DNA of 64,000 bases from an uncultured Actinomycetes bacterium (GCA_963797565.1 CAWCPM010000008.1:96219-160218); one strand, 5' to 3'; shown: positions 35,519 through 47,294, numbered from the stretch's first letter. A program made the numbers and translations. The notes: generated from the letters alone by a model not told the origin.

Positions 35519-37675
35519 TTGACTACGCGCGCTGCCAGGTGGATCGCGCTGCTCCTTGCCGTGACGTTCGCCTTGTCGGCCTCAGCGGCTCGTGCGGCAA
35601 CGCTGTCGTTCAGCCCGGCCGGCCCCGGCGGCGGAGGCTTCCAGAACGTGGTGGCGGTCGATCCGGCCAGCCCCAACGTGCTGCTCTCCGGCGGCGACGT
35701 GTCCGGGATCGAGCGCTCGACCGACGGCGGCGCCAGCTGGCAGGCGGTCAACACCGGCCTGGTGGGGCGCCCCCAACTCGAGGTGGCGGCGTTCCTGTTC
35801 TCGCCGGCGGTGGCCGGGCGCGTGTACGCGGGGGTGGGCGATGCGGGCACAGGCGGCGGCCTGCTCGAGTCGGATGACTCCGGCGCGACCTGGAGGATGC
35901 TGTCGACCGTGCCCCAGTTCGCCGGCGGCAACGCCAAGACCGCCGGCCTGCCGGCCGAGCACCCCCGCTCGACGGGCAACCTGCTGGCCCAGGACCCGGT
36001 CAGCGGCTCGATCTACGCGGCCACCTTCAGCCAGGGTGTGATGCGCTCCGACGACGGCGGTGCGACCTGGACGACGCTGGGCCTGAGCGGCCTCCACCTA
36101 CGCTCGCTGGCGCTCGATCCGTCCGCCACCAGCGTGCTCTACGCCGGCAGCTACGGCCAGGGCCTCTACGAGACCACCGATGCCGGCGGGCTGGGCGGGT
36201 TCACGCAGCTGGCAACGGCCCCCGCCACGGTCGAGGAGCTGAGCATCGCGGGCGGCACCATCTACGCGGCCGCCGGCACCAGCGGCGTGTTCGCCTCCAA
36301 CGACGGCGGCGCGACCTGGTCGCAGCTGGGCGCCGGCCAGCTGCGGGCCGGCTCGATGTGGACGTCGATCGCGGCCTGGACCGGCTGTGACGGCGCCACC
36401 GAGGTCTACGCGGGGGCGGATCAGTCGTCACCGGATGCGATCGTCCGCTCGGGCGACGGTGGCGCCACCTGGCATTCGGTCACGGGCGATCCGACCAAGA
36501 TCCATCCCAACGTCGGCGGCCCCGGCGGGGCGCCGTGGTGGCTGTCGACCCGGCCCGGCTTCATGCTGGGCGGCAAGAGCTCCACCCCCGCCCAGATCGC
36601 GCTTGCGATCGATGCCACGCAGCCCTGTGCCGATCCGGCGGTGCTCGTGGCCGGCCGCTCCGGCATCTGGCGGTCGGGCAACGACGGCGGTGACTGGTAC
36701 CCGATGGTCGGCCACATGGGTGTCACGCTGATCCAGGACCTGGCCGTCGATCCGCACGCCCCGGCCTCGGTCGACATGGTTGCGACCGACTGGACGTTCC
36801 TGACCTCGAGCGACACCGGCGCCAGCGTCACGTCGCCGGTGATCAAGCTGGCCGCCTCCACGGGGTTCGACGTCGCGATCGATTCGACGGTCACGCCCTC
36901 ACGCGTGTACATCGCCACCGGCAACCGCGACGGCAACAAGCAGGGCAAGATCTACTCGTCGTCCACCCCGGCGGTCGCCAGCTCGTGGACGGACGAGGGG
37001 CTCTCTGCGCTGGCGGGCGTGAAGCGGCCGCTGGCGATCGCGGTCGGGAAGTCGGGTTCCAGCAGGGTGCTGCTGGCCGCCGTCGACGCGGCCGGTATCT
37101 ACCGCAAGGTCGGCACCAATAAGTGGACGAGGGCCGCCGCGGCGGCGATGACGACCAAGAACTGGGCGAAGCCGATCCAGATGGTGTGGCCGGCCGGCAC
37201 CTCGATCGTCTACCTGTACGACCACCGCAGCGGCATCTGGCGGTCGACCGACGCCGGTGCCACCTGGGCGAAGCTGTGGGCGAAGCCGTCCTCGGGCGAT
37301 CTCAAGGGCTTCATCGCCACCGACGCCACCGGCACCACCCTGTGGGTCTCCAACGGCACCGCCCTCTACCGGATCGCCAACGCCAACAAGGTCACGGCCG
37401 CGACGCTGGCGCCGGTGACGGTGCTGACCGTGCCGCAGCCGGGGCCGGTGGTGGTCGCACCCGGCGGCAGCGTCTACCTGGCCGTGCAGCCGACCGCCAC
37501 CACGCCGGCCCGGCTGCTCCGCTCCGACGACAACGGCGTCACCTGGACGGACGTGGCCGACGCCACCTACCGGGCCACGGCGCTCCTGCCCTACCGGCTG
37601 GTGGTCGACGGCTCGGGGGCCGTCTGGGTCTGCCTGGCCGGCAACGGCGTGCTGCGAGGCGTCCCCGCGCCGTAG
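35519..37675 (+). CDS. Secreted BNR/Asp-box repeat beta-propeller protein (sialidase/GH74/Ycf48-like fold)
   Basis: Signal peptide (IALLLAVTFALSASAARA). Eight SxDxGxTW-type boxes are present: STDGGASW, SDDSGATW, SDDGGATW, SNDGGATW, SGDGGATW, GNDGGDW, STDAGATW, SDDNGVTW. Confidence 0.75.
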   Translation: MTTRAARWIALLLAVTFALSASAARAATLSFSPAGPGGGGFQNVVAVDPASPNVLLSGGDVSGIERSTDGGASWQAVNTGLVGRPQLEVAAFLFSPAVAGRVYAGVGDAGTGGGLLESDDSGATWRMLSTVPQFAGGNAKTAGLPAEHPRSTGNLLAQDPVSGSIYAATFSQGVMRSDDGGATWTTLGLSGLHLRSLALDPSATSVLYAGSYGQGLYETTDAGGLGGFTQLATAPATVEELSIAGGTIYAAAGTSGVFASNDGGATWSQLGAGQLRAGSMWTSIAAWTGCDGATEVYAGADQSSPDAIVRSGDGGATWHSVTGDPTKIHPNVGGPGGAPWWLSTRPGFMLGGKSSTPAQIALAIDATQPCADPAVLVAGRSGIWRSGNDGGDWYPMVGHMGVTLIQDLAVDPHAPASVDMVATDWTFLTSSDTGASVTSPVIKLAASTGFDVAIDSTVTPSRVYIATGNRDGNKQGKIYSSSTPAVASSWTDEGLSALAGVKRPLAIAVGKSGSSRVLLAAVDAAGIYRKVGTNKWTRAAAAAMTTKNWAKPIQMVWPAGTSIVYLYDHRSGIWRSTDAGATWAKLWAKPSSGDLKGFIATDATGTTLWVSNGTALYRIANANKVTAATLAPVTVLTVPQPGPVVVAPGGSVYLAVQPTATTPARLLRSDDNGVTWTDVADATYRATALLPYRLVVDGSGAVWVCLAGNGVLRGVPAP

Positions 37676-37706
37676 CCCCGCCGGGCTCCGGTAGGCTCTC
37701 GGCCTG

Positions 37707-39266
<1,560 letters not shown>

Positions 39267-39350
39267 TCGAGGTGCGGCCACAGGCCTCGGCGGCCCAGCG
39301 CCGGGCGATTGAACAGGCGCTGGTGCGGCTTTCACTCGTAGAATCCGCCG

Positions 39351-41105
39351 ATGTTCAGCAAGGTGCTGGTGGCAAACCGCGGCGAGATCGCGATCCGGAT
39401 CTTCCGTACGCTGCGCGAAATGGGGATCGCCTCGGTGGCGGTCTACTCCGAGGCCGACCGTGAGTCGCCGTTCGTGGCCTACGCGGACGAGGCCTATCTG
39501 ATCGGCCCCGGGCCGGCCGTCCAGAGCTACCTGATGTCGGAGACGATCGTGCGCACCGCCCTGCGGAGCGGCGCCGAGGCCGTGCACCCGGGATTCGGGT
39601 TCCTGGCCGAGAACGCCGCGTTCGCCCGCGCCTGCGCGGCGGCCGGCCTGGTGTTCGTGGGGCCGCCGCCCGATGCGATCGAGGCGATGGGATCGAAGAC
39701 CAGGGCGCGCGAGCTGATGGAGCGGGCCGGCGTGCCGGTCATCCCCGGCACCAACTCCGCGGTGGACACGGTCGAGGAGGCGCTCGAGATCGCGGAGCGG
39801 ATCGGCTATCCGGTGGCGGTAAAGGCATCCGCCGGCGGAGGCGGCAAGGGCATCGAGGTGGCGGCCGACGCGGAGCAGCTGCGCCGCGGCTACGAGTCCG
39901 CGCGGCGGCAGGGCAAGGCGTACTTCGCCGACTCAAGCGTGTTCCTGGAGCGCTACCTGGAGCGGCCGCGGCACGTCGAGGTACAGGTGCTGGCCGACAG
40001 CCACGGGTCGATCGTGCATCTCGGCGAGCGTGACTGCTCGATCCAGCGGCGCCACCAGAAGATCGTGGAGGAGACGCCGTCGCCGGCGGTGTCCCCAGAG
40101 CTGCGCGAGCGGATCGGAGCGATCGGGGTGGAGGCGGCGCGAGCCGTCGGCTACACGAACGCCGGCACGGTCGAGGGGCTGCTCGACGCCGACGGCACCT
40201 ACTACTTCCTTGAGATGAACACGCGCCTGCAGGTGGAGCACACGATCACCGAGATGGTGACCGGCCTCGACCTGGTGCGCGAGCAGCTGCGGATCGCAAG
40301 CGGGCAGCCGTTGTCGATCGCGCAGTCGGACGTGACCCTGCGTGGGCATTCGATCCAGTGCCGGATCAACGCGGAGGATCCTGCCCGGGACTTCGTGCCG
40401 ACGCCGGGCCGGGTGACCCGCTACCGCGAGCCGTCGGGGCCGGGCGTGCGGGTCGACTCGGGGGTGGTCGAGGGTGCCTTCATCTCGGAGCTGTACGACC
40501 CGATGATCGCGAAGCTGATCGTCTGGGACGAGGACCGCGAGCTGGCGCGGCGCCGAATGCTGCGGGCGCTGTCGGAGTTCGAGGTGGAGGGCGTGCACTC
40601 GCTGATCCCGATCCACCGTGCGATCCTCGAGCATCCCGAGTTTGCGGCCGGCGGCACCATGCACGACTTCGTCGAGGGTGGCGGTTACGCCCGTTCGCTG
40701 GAGCCGGAGCCGTCGGCTGATGGAACCGCCGCCGGGCCCGAGCCGCCGAGGAACGAGGCGCGTACGCTGGTCACCGAGGTCGACGGCGAGCGGTTCGAGG
40801 TGACGGTGGTGGCGCCGGAGCATCCGGGGCGCACGCGGCTGCGCGGGCGGCGGGCGCAGCTGGCGCTGCGCTCTGCGGGTGGGGCTGGGGCCGCCGATGT
40901 GATCCGCAGCCCGATGCAGGGGACGGTGCTGAAGGTGGCGACGCAGGCCGGCGCCGAGGTGCAGGCGGGCGAGGTGCTGGCCGTGGTGGAGGCGATGAAG
41001 ATGGAGAACGAGATCGTGGCGCCGCGCGCCGGCACTGTGGACGCGGTGGCGGTGGGTGAGGGCGACCAGGTGACCAACGGCCAGGAGCTGGTCAGGCTGG
41101 TGTGA
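39351..41105 (+). CDS. Acetyl/propionyl-CoA carboxylase alpha subunit (biotin carboxylase + BCCP)
   Basis: MFSKVLVANRGEIAIRIFRT is followed by an ATP-grasp domain. The C-terminal biotinyl domain carries EAMKMENEI. Confidence 0.9.
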   Translation: MFSKVLVANRGEIAIRIFRTLREMGIASVAVYSEADRESPFVAYADEAYLIGPGPAVQSYLMSETIVRTALRSGAEAVHPGFGFLAENAAFARACAAAGLVFVGPPPDAIEAMGSKTRARELMERAGVPVIPGTNSAVDTVEEALEIAERIGYPVAVKASAGGGGKGIEVAADAEQLRRGYESARRQGKAYFADSSVFLERYLERPRHVEVQVLADSHGSIVHLGERDCSIQRRHQKIVEETPSPAVSPELRERIGAIGVEAARAVGYTNAGTVEGLLDADGTYYFLEMNTRLQVEHTITEMVTGLDLVREQLRIASGQPLSIAQSDVTLRGHSIQCRINAEDPARDFVPTPGRVTRYREPSGPGVRVDSGVVEGAFISELYDPMIAKLIVWDEDRELARRRMLRALSEFEVEGVHSLIPIHRAILEHPEFAAGGTMHDFVEGGGYARSLEPEPSADGTAAGPEPPRNEARTLVTEVDGERFEVTVVAPEHPGRTRLRGRRAQLALRSAGGAGAADVIRSPMQGTVLKVATQAGAEVQAGEVLAVVEAMKMENEIVAPRAGTVDAVAVGEGDQVTNGQELVRLV

Positions 41106-41117
41106 CCGCGGAGCAGG

Positions 41118-41591
41118 TCAGCTGCCGTGGCAGCGCTTGTACTTCTTGCCGGAGCCGCAGGGGCAGGGATCGTTGCGGCCGACCTTGCCGCCGCCGAAGC
41201 GGGCGTCGAGCGAGGGCATTCCCGCCGGCGTCTCGGCCATCGCACCCAGGTCGCGGGCGGAGCGGATCCGTTCCAGCTCGCGCACGTCGTCGTTGTCGAG
41301 CGTCAGCACCAGCTCGACCGGCTCCGGCTCGGCATCCAGCAGCCCCAGCTGGTCGAGCAGCGACTCGGCGTGCGCGGTGGTCAGCCCCCGGGCATCCGCG
41401 GGCAGGTCGATGCGGGAGGGGCAGACCAGGCGGAACCGCTCCCAGCGTTCCTCGTCGGCCTCGCTGGGCCCTCGCTCGAGCCGCTCGCGCAGCGCCCGGC
41501 GATCGGCCGAGCGGCCGGAGCGGGCCTCCAGCGCCTCGATCAGCTCGAACGGCAGCCAGGCGGCCCAGCCGGTGTCGATCAGGTTGCTCAT
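41118..41591 (-). CDS. SEC-C motif (SecA-type metal-binding) domain protein
   Basis: The C-terminus is [20 protein letters not shown]. The rest of the protein is acidic and has no recognised domain. Confidence 0.7.
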   Translation of the reverse strand: MSNLIDTGWAAWLPFELIEALEARSGRSADRRALRERLERGPSEADEERWERFRLVCPSRIDLPADARGLTTAHAESLLDQLGLLDAEPEPVELVLTLDNDDVRELERIRSARDLGAMAETPAGMPSLDARFGGGKVGRNDPCPCGSGKKYKRCHGS

Positions 41592-41633
41592 CCGGCCATG
41601 CAGTCTACGTGGCGCCCGCTGTATCGCCCGCGG

Positions 41634-43085
41634 CTACGGCCGCGGTGTCTCGGTCAGCTCGCTCATGCGCGCCGCCCACGCCTCCAGCGACAGCTCGACC
41701 CGGGTCTGGGGCAGGTCGAAATCGAGGCCGTGGCGAGCCGAGAGCACGGCCAGGCGGTCGTACAGGCGCTGGCGGGCGATGCCCAGCCGCTTGGCGGCCG
41801 ACGCCTTCGACCAGCCGGTTGCAACCAGCGCCTCGACCACGGCCAGCCCCGCCTCGTCGAACCGCGACTGCATGCGGCCGCCGGCCAGCACCTCCCGTGC
41901 CACCGGCGCGAGCGCGCCCAGATCCGACCCGAACCTGACCTGGGGGCCGGCCGCCGCCGCCACCAGGCAGGCCCGCTCGGCCGTCGCCAGCGCCTCCGTG
42001 ATGTGCCACGGCTCCGTCCCGCAGGCCTCCAGCCCGACCGCCGTCACCTGACCGCGCCGGATCAGGTCGCGCGCCACGGCGCGTGGATCGGCTCCGGGCG
42101 CGATCGCGATCAATCCACGCGGGCCGTCCACCAGCGCATCCATCCCCAATCGCTCGAGCCGCGCCAGCGATCCGCGGCCGTGGATCGCCCACAGCCTGCC
42201 GCGCGACAGGTCGACGCCGACCGACCGCGCCCGCCGCATGATCTCCTGGCGGCTGCCCGCCCGGCCCTCGGCCAGCCGCTGCAGCAATCGCGCCCGCTCC
42301 GCCGACGGCACCTCCTCGGCCGGCGGCTGCGCGGCCAGCGCCACCGACAGCAGGAACGCCGCCTCGTCCACCGCCAGCAGGTCGAGCTCGTCACCGCGCC
42401 GTGACAGCACGTGCAGCCGCGCTCCCGGCTGTACCGGCCGCGAGTGCAGGGCGGTCGGCAGGCGCTGGCGGTAGCGGTCGAGCGCCTCGAGGAAGGCGAC
42501 GTCCAGCCCGGCCTCCGGGGCGCTCGCGATCGGCGTGCGGTCGGCGCGCTCGAGCAGCACCTGCGCCTCCAGCACCTCACCCAGCGCCGCCACCAGGCCG
42601 GCCGGTCCCAGCCCCTCGCGCGCCGCCTCCCGCAGCTGAGCCTGCAGCGACACCGCCCGTCGCAGCGTGGCCAGCTCCCGGGATACCAGGCGCTCGTTCA
42701 GCACGTGGGTGATGTCGACGAACCGCACCGGGCTGCCGAACACGAGCAGCGGCAGGTCGTGCGAGCGGCAGGCGGCGGTCAGCGCGTCCGGCGAGACGTG
42801 GCTGGGCTCGAGCCCGATCCCGGCCGCGCCGGCCCGGGCCACCGACGCGACCAGGGCGTCCACCTCGGCCGGTGCCATCGCCCCCAGCGCGATGCCGGTC
42901 GTGAGCAGGAACTCCCCGCCGCGCAGCATCCCGGTCACGGCCGGCGTCTCGAACACGTGCACCCACTCCACCCGGTTCCCCAGCCGGTGACCGGCGGCGG
43001 CCACGCTCACGTCCGCGTTGCGAAGCAGCTCCAGCGCGAGCACGTCCGCGACGGTCAGGACAGAGTGTCCGGATTCTTCGGCCAT
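41634..43085 (-). CDS. PucR-family transcriptional regulator
   Basis: 483 aa from the internal Met (MAEESGHSVLTVADVLALELL). It has a PucR-type N-terminal domain and a C-terminal HTH (WSKASAAKRLGIARQRLYDRL). The upstream 408 aa of track ORF 41634..44309 lies antisense to mmsA. Confidence 0.8.
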   Translation of the reverse strand: MAEESGHSVLTVADVLALELLRNADVSVAAAGHRLGNRVEWVHVFETPAVTGMLRGGEFLLTTGIALGAMAPAEVDALVASVARAGAAGIGLEPSHVSPDALTAACRSHDLPLLVFGSPVRFVDITHVLNERLVSRELATLRRAVSLQAQLREAAREGLGPAGLVAALGEVLEAQVLLERADRTPIASAPEAGLDVAFLEALDRYRQRLPTALHSRPVQPGARLHVLSRRGDELDLLAVDEAAFLLSVALAAQPPAEEVPSAERARLLQRLAEGRAGSRQEIMRRARSVGVDLSRGRLWAIHGRGSLARLERLGMDALVDGPRGLIAIAPGADPRAVARDLIRRGQVTAVGLEACGTEPWHITEALATAERACLVAAAAGPQVRFGSDLGALAPVAREVLAGGRMQSRFDEAGLAVVEALVATGWSKASAAKRLGIARQRLYDRLAVLSARHGLDFDLPQTRVELSLEAWAARMSELTETPRP

Positions 43086-43163
43086 TTGAGACACAGTGTA
43101 CGCTGGTGCCGCGACGGCCGGGGTGCCAGCATTGGGGGCGACCCGATCCACGGAGGAACCCCG

Positions 43164-44676
43164 ATGTCCCAGGCCGCCATCCAGACGCGACTGCTCGGCA
43201 ACTACATCAACGGCGACTGGCGCCCGGCCGCGGCCGGAGACCAGCTCGACGTCACCAACCCGGCCACAGGCGAGGTGCTGGCGCGGGTGCCGCTGTCGGG
43301 TGCCGAGGACGTCGACGCCGCCGTCGCCGCGGCCCGCGCGGCCTTCCCCGCCTGGCGCAGCCGCTCCACGATCGAGCGCGCGCGCTGGCTGTTCGGCTTC
43401 CGACAGGTGCTGGAGGCCCACCAGGACGAGATCGCCCGCGCGGTGACACGCGAGATGGGCAAGACCTTCCCGGATGCGCGGGCCGAGGTCGGCCGCGCGA
43501 TCGAGATGGTGGAGGCCGCCACCGCCATCCCCCAGACCATGCAGGGCCGGGTGCTCGAGAACGTGGCCACCGCCGTCGACTGCGAGACCTTCCGGCAGCC
43601 GGTCGGCGTCTGCGCCGCCATCGCCCCGTTCAACTTCCCCGCGATGGTGCCGTTCTGGTTCCTGCCCTTCGCGATCGCCTGCGGCAACACGTTCATCCTC
43701 AAGCCCTCGGAGCAGGTGCCGCTGACGCAGGAGCTGGTCTTCAACCTGCTGCACGAGCACGGCGGGCTGCCGGACGGCGTCGTCAATCTGGTCAACGGCT
43801 CGGTCGACGTCGTCAACGGCATCCTCGACCACCCCGGCATCGACGCCGTCTCGTTCGTCGGCTCGGCCACCGTCGCCCGCTACGTCTACGAGCGTGCGGC
43901 GGCCAACGGCAAGCGGGTGCAGGCGCTGGGCGGCGCCAAGAACTTCATGGTGGTGATGCCCGACGCCGTGATGCCGAAGACCGTCGGCAACATCATCGGC
44001 AGCGCGTTTGGCGCCGCCGGCCAGCGCTGCATGGCCGGCTCGGTCGTGATCGCGGTGGGCGACGCCAAGGTGCCGCTGATGAACGAGCTCGTGCCCCGCA
44101 CCCAGGCGCTGGCCGTCGGCGACGGCCTCGACGAGGGCACCGACGTCGGACCGGTCGTCTCGTGCGCGTCGCGCGACCGCATCCTCGAGTGGATCGAGCG
44201 CGGCATCGGTGACGGCGCCACGCTGGCCGTCGACGGCCGCCGCCCGTCTGCCAACAGCGAGGGCGCGTTCGTCGGCCCCACCATCCTCGACGCGGTGACG
44301 CCTGGACATGGACGTGGCCCAGGAGGAGATCTTCGGGCCGGTGCTGTCGGTGATCGACGCGGCGTCGCTGGACGAGGCGATCGAGATCGTGAACGCCAGC
44401 CGCTACGGCAACGGCACGTCGATCTTCACCGAGTCGGGCGCGGCCGTCCGCCGCTATCGCCACGACGTCGAGGTGGGGATGATCGGCGTCAACGTCGGCG
44501 TCGCTGCGCCGGTCGCGTTCTTCCCGTTCTCCGGCTGGAAGGGCAGCTTCTTCGGCGACCTGCACGCCCACGGGCCCGACGCGGTCGAGTTCTACACGCG
44601 CAAGAAGACGGTCACATCGCGGTTCTTCTCGGGAGGCGAGACCGGCCGCTTCTTCACCGAGCAGGGAGATCGCTAG
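43164..44676 (+). pseudogene. mmsA: Methylmalonate-semialdehyde dehydrogenase (CoA-acylating), needs one frame correction at about 44304
   Basis: GGAGGA RBS, then MSQAAIQTRLLGNYINGDW...FNFPAMVPFWF...ILKPSE...GQRCMA. The frame changes at ILDAVTP|DMDVAQEEIFGPVLS (an extra G in CCTGGAC). The tail equals ORF 44308..44676. Confidence 0.85.
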
Positions 44677-44697
44677 CTCGTGGAGTCAACCATCCGA

Positions 44698-45141
44698 TCA
44701 CGCGCTGCCGCGGTAGCTCTCCTTGAGCACGGACAGGTACCCGAACGACTCGCTGTCCTGCACCCCCGGCACCTTCGGCAGCCTGCGGTGCAGGAAGTCG
44801 AGCAGGTGCTTGTTGTTGCGGCAGGTGATCTCGGCCAGGTAGTCGAAGCGGCCGGTGCTGGCGATCAGGTAGGTGACCTCGTCCAGCGCGGTCAGCGCGT
44901 CGGCGGCGGCCGTCAGCTGGGCCTTGTCGACGCGCAGGCCCAGCATGCACATCGCGTCGTAACCGATCAGCAGCGGGTTGGTGACGGCGGTGATCTGCAT
45001 GACGCCGTCGGCGGTCAGCCGGGCGACGCGCTGGCGCACGGTCGCCTCGGAGACGTCCAGCTCCTCCGCGATCTTGACGAACGACTTGCGGCCGTCCTCG
45101 ACGAGCGAGTCGACGATGCGGTGGTCGAGATCGTCAGTCAT
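44698..45141 (-). CDS. Lrp/AsnC-family transcriptional regulator
   Basis: 147 aa from the internal Met: MTDDLDHRIVDSLVEDGRKSFVKIAEELDVSEATVRQRVARL (HTH) plus a RAM/AsnC_trans_reg domain. Confidence 0.85.
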   Translation of the reverse strand: MTDDLDHRIVDSLVEDGRKSFVKIAEELDVSEATVRQRVARLTADGVMQITAVTNPLLIGYDAMCMLGLRVDKAQLTAAADALTALDEVTYLIASTGRFDYLAEITCRNNKHLLDFLHRRLPKVPGVQDSESFGYLSVLKESYRGSA

Positions 45142-45149
45142 GTCACGAA

Positions 45150-45194
45150 CTACGATATTCGTAGAAACCAGCGCAGTCAATACGAATTGCGTAG
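45150..45194. promoter_or_regulatory. Candidate Lrp/AsnC operator sites in the divergent promoter
   Basis: CTACGA-TAT-TCGTAG is a perfect inverted repeat (45150-64). A related TACGAATTGCGTAG lies at 45181-94. Both sit in the AT-richest stretch between the Lrp gene and the acyl-CoA synthetase operon. Confidence 0.3.
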
Positions 45195-45242
45195 ACTTGT
45201 GCCGGTGCCCGCAGAGACCTCCCACACTGGGCCAAAGACCGC

Positions 45243-47294
45243 ATGAGTTCTACCATCTCGCCCCTGCTACGGACCGACCTGGACGGAGTCTTCCGGCCGC
45301 GCTCGGTTGCGATTTACGGCATCTCGGAGCGCACGTCGCAGCGGATCGCCGAGAACATGACGGTGCCCGGCGTGCCCTTCTACGGGATCAATCCGACCAA
45401 GACCGAGGCCTGCGGAGTGCGCTGCTACCCGACGATCGCCGACTGCCCCGAGGTGCCCGAGATGGTCGTGATGGGCGTCGGGCACGGCCGCATCGAGACG
45501 GCCATCGACGACGTCCTGTCGGTGCCCGGCGTGCGGGCGATCATCACGCCGGGACTGGGCAACGAGGCCGGCCCCGTCGAAGGGCCGCGCATGAGCGCCC
45601 TGGTCAGCGACCGGGTGCGCGAGGCAGGCATCGCGATGATCGGCCCCAACTGCATGGGCGTGGCCACACCCGGATACCCGTCGCCCTGGATCGGCAGCCT
45701 GCATCCCACCTTTGTGCCGGGACCGGTGGCGACCATCGCCCACTCGGGGTCGATCGGCGAGATCCTGGTGTCGCTGGGCCCGCGCATCGGCTTCCGCACC
45801 GTCGTCTCGGCAGGCAACGAGACCGTCACCGACGTGGCCGACATGGTGGCCTTCTTTGCCGATGACCCGGACACACGCGTGATCGGCCTGTTCCTCGAGG
45901 CGGTGCGCCGCCCGGCCGCCTTCGAGCAGGCGCTGCAGCGGGTGGCCGAGGCCGGCAAGGTCGCGATCGTGCTGAAGGTGGGCACGTCGGAGATGGGCGC
46001 CAGGGCCGCGCTCACGCACACCGGAGCGATGGTCGGCAGCGACGAGGTGTTCTCCGGGATGCTGCGGTACTACAACGCGATCCGGGTCGACGACTTCGGC
46101 AACTGGCTGGAGCACCTGGAGGTGTTCTCCCGGGCGACGCCGCCGCGCGGCCGCAGGATCGGCGCGGTCACGAACTCGGGCGGCGAGGGCGAGTACTTCG
46201 CCGACAAGGCCGAGCAGGCGGGCATCCCGCTGCAGGAGTTCTCGCCCGAGTTGAAGGCGCGGATCGTGGCCGAGTTCCCGAACTTCAGCGGCGTCGGAAA
46301 CCCGATCGACTGCTGGGCCATCGACGACGACCGGATCGTGTTCCCGCGCGTGTTCGAGCTGATGGCCGAGTCCGGTGAGTTCGACGTGCTGGTGTCGGAC
46401 ATCGACCACAGCCAGTGGCTGCACGCGGGTGAGCGCGAGCTGGCCACGAACATCGCCAACGACCTGCGCGCGGCCTGCCACCAGACCGATCTGTTCCCGT
46501 GCGTGATCACGGTCACCACCGCCGACCCGCCGATCGAGGACATCGAGTGGGCGCGGCAGCACGACATCCCGCTGCTGAAGGGCTCGCTGCCGGGCCTGCG
46601 GGCGCTGGCGGCACGGCTCGCGCACCGGCAGCGCGTGCCGGCGTCGCGTCTGCTGCCGGCCGCCGCGCCGCTGCCCGGCGCCGGCGACCTGCCGGAGCTC
46701 GAGTCGGCCCGGATCGCTGCGTCATACGGCCTCCCGTACGTGCGAGCCGAGCGCTGCGCGTCGGCTGACGAGGCCGCAGCGGCAGCCGAGCAGATCGGCT
46801 ATCCGGTCGTCGTCAAGATCGACAACGTCGCCCACAAGGCAAGGGTCGGGGGCGTGGCGCTGGGCCTGGCCGACGCCGCCGGAGTGCGTGAGGCGGCCCG
46901 GCGGATGGGCGGCCGCGTGATCGTGGCCGAGCAGGTGATGGGCGGCGTCGAGCTGCTGATCGGCGTCACCCGCGACCCCGACTTCGGCGCCACCGTATCG
47001 GTCGGTGTCGGCGGCGGCCTGGCGGAGGCGCTGGAGCTGATCACGCACAGCCTGGCCCCGCTGGATGCCGACGGCGCCCGCGAGCTGGTTGCGTCTCTGC
47101 CCGTGATCGAGCGGCTGCTGGGCGGCGAGGTGCCCGATCACCTGATCGAGGCGATCGTGGCCGTCTCGCGCCTGGCCGCGGAGCACCCCGAGATCTCAGA
47201 GATCGACGTCAACCCCCTGCTGGTCTCGCCCGAGCGCGCCGTCGCGCTCGACTGCCTGATCGTGCTGGACAATCCCGAGGAGCGAGCCGCATGA
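45243..47294 (+). CDS. ADP-forming (NDP-forming) acyl-CoA synthetase, fused alpha/beta (CoA-binding + ATP-grasp)
   Basis: 683 aa. VFRPRSVAIYGISERT is the CoA-binding part. It also has a succinyl-CoA-ligase-like flavodoxin domain and a C-terminal ATP-grasp (GYPVVVKIDNVAHKARVGGV). Confidence 0.85.
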   Translation: MSSTISPLLRTDLDGVFRPRSVAIYGISERTSQRIAENMTVPGVPFYGINPTKTEACGVRCYPTIADCPEVPEMVVMGVGHGRIETAIDDVLSVPGVRAIITPGLGNEAGPVEGPRMSALVSDRVREAGIAMIGPNCMGVATPGYPSPWIGSLHPTFVPGPVATIAHSGSIGEILVSLGPRIGFRTVVSAGNETVTDVADMVAFFADDPDTRVIGLFLEAVRRPAAFEQALQRVAEAGKVAIVLKVGTSEMGARAALTHTGAMVGSDEVFSGMLRYYNAIRVDDFGNWLEHLEVFSRATPPRGRRIGAVTNSGGEGEYFADKAEQAGIPLQEFSPELKARIVAEFPNFSGVGNPIDCWAIDDDRIVFPRVFELMAESGEFDVLVSDIDHSQWLHAGERELATNIANDLRAACHQTDLFPCVITVTTADPPIEDIEWARQHDIPLLKGSLPGLRALAARLAHRQRVPASRLLPAAAPLPGAGDLPELESARIAASYGLPYVRAERCASADEAAAAAEQIGYPVVVKIDNVAHKARVGGVALGLADAAGVREAARRMGGRVIVAEQVMGGVELLIGVTRDPDFGATVSVGVGGGLAEALELITHSLAPLDADGARELVASLPVIERLLGGEVPDHLIEAIVAVSRLAAEHPEISEIDVNPLLVSPERAVALDCLIVLDNPEERAA

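Noticed and set aside
41634-44309. 891-aa minus-strand ORF as a single regulator
   Set aside because: Only the C-terminal 483 aa (from MAEESGH, start 43085) look like a PucR-family protein. The N-terminal 408 aa lie antisense to mmsA.
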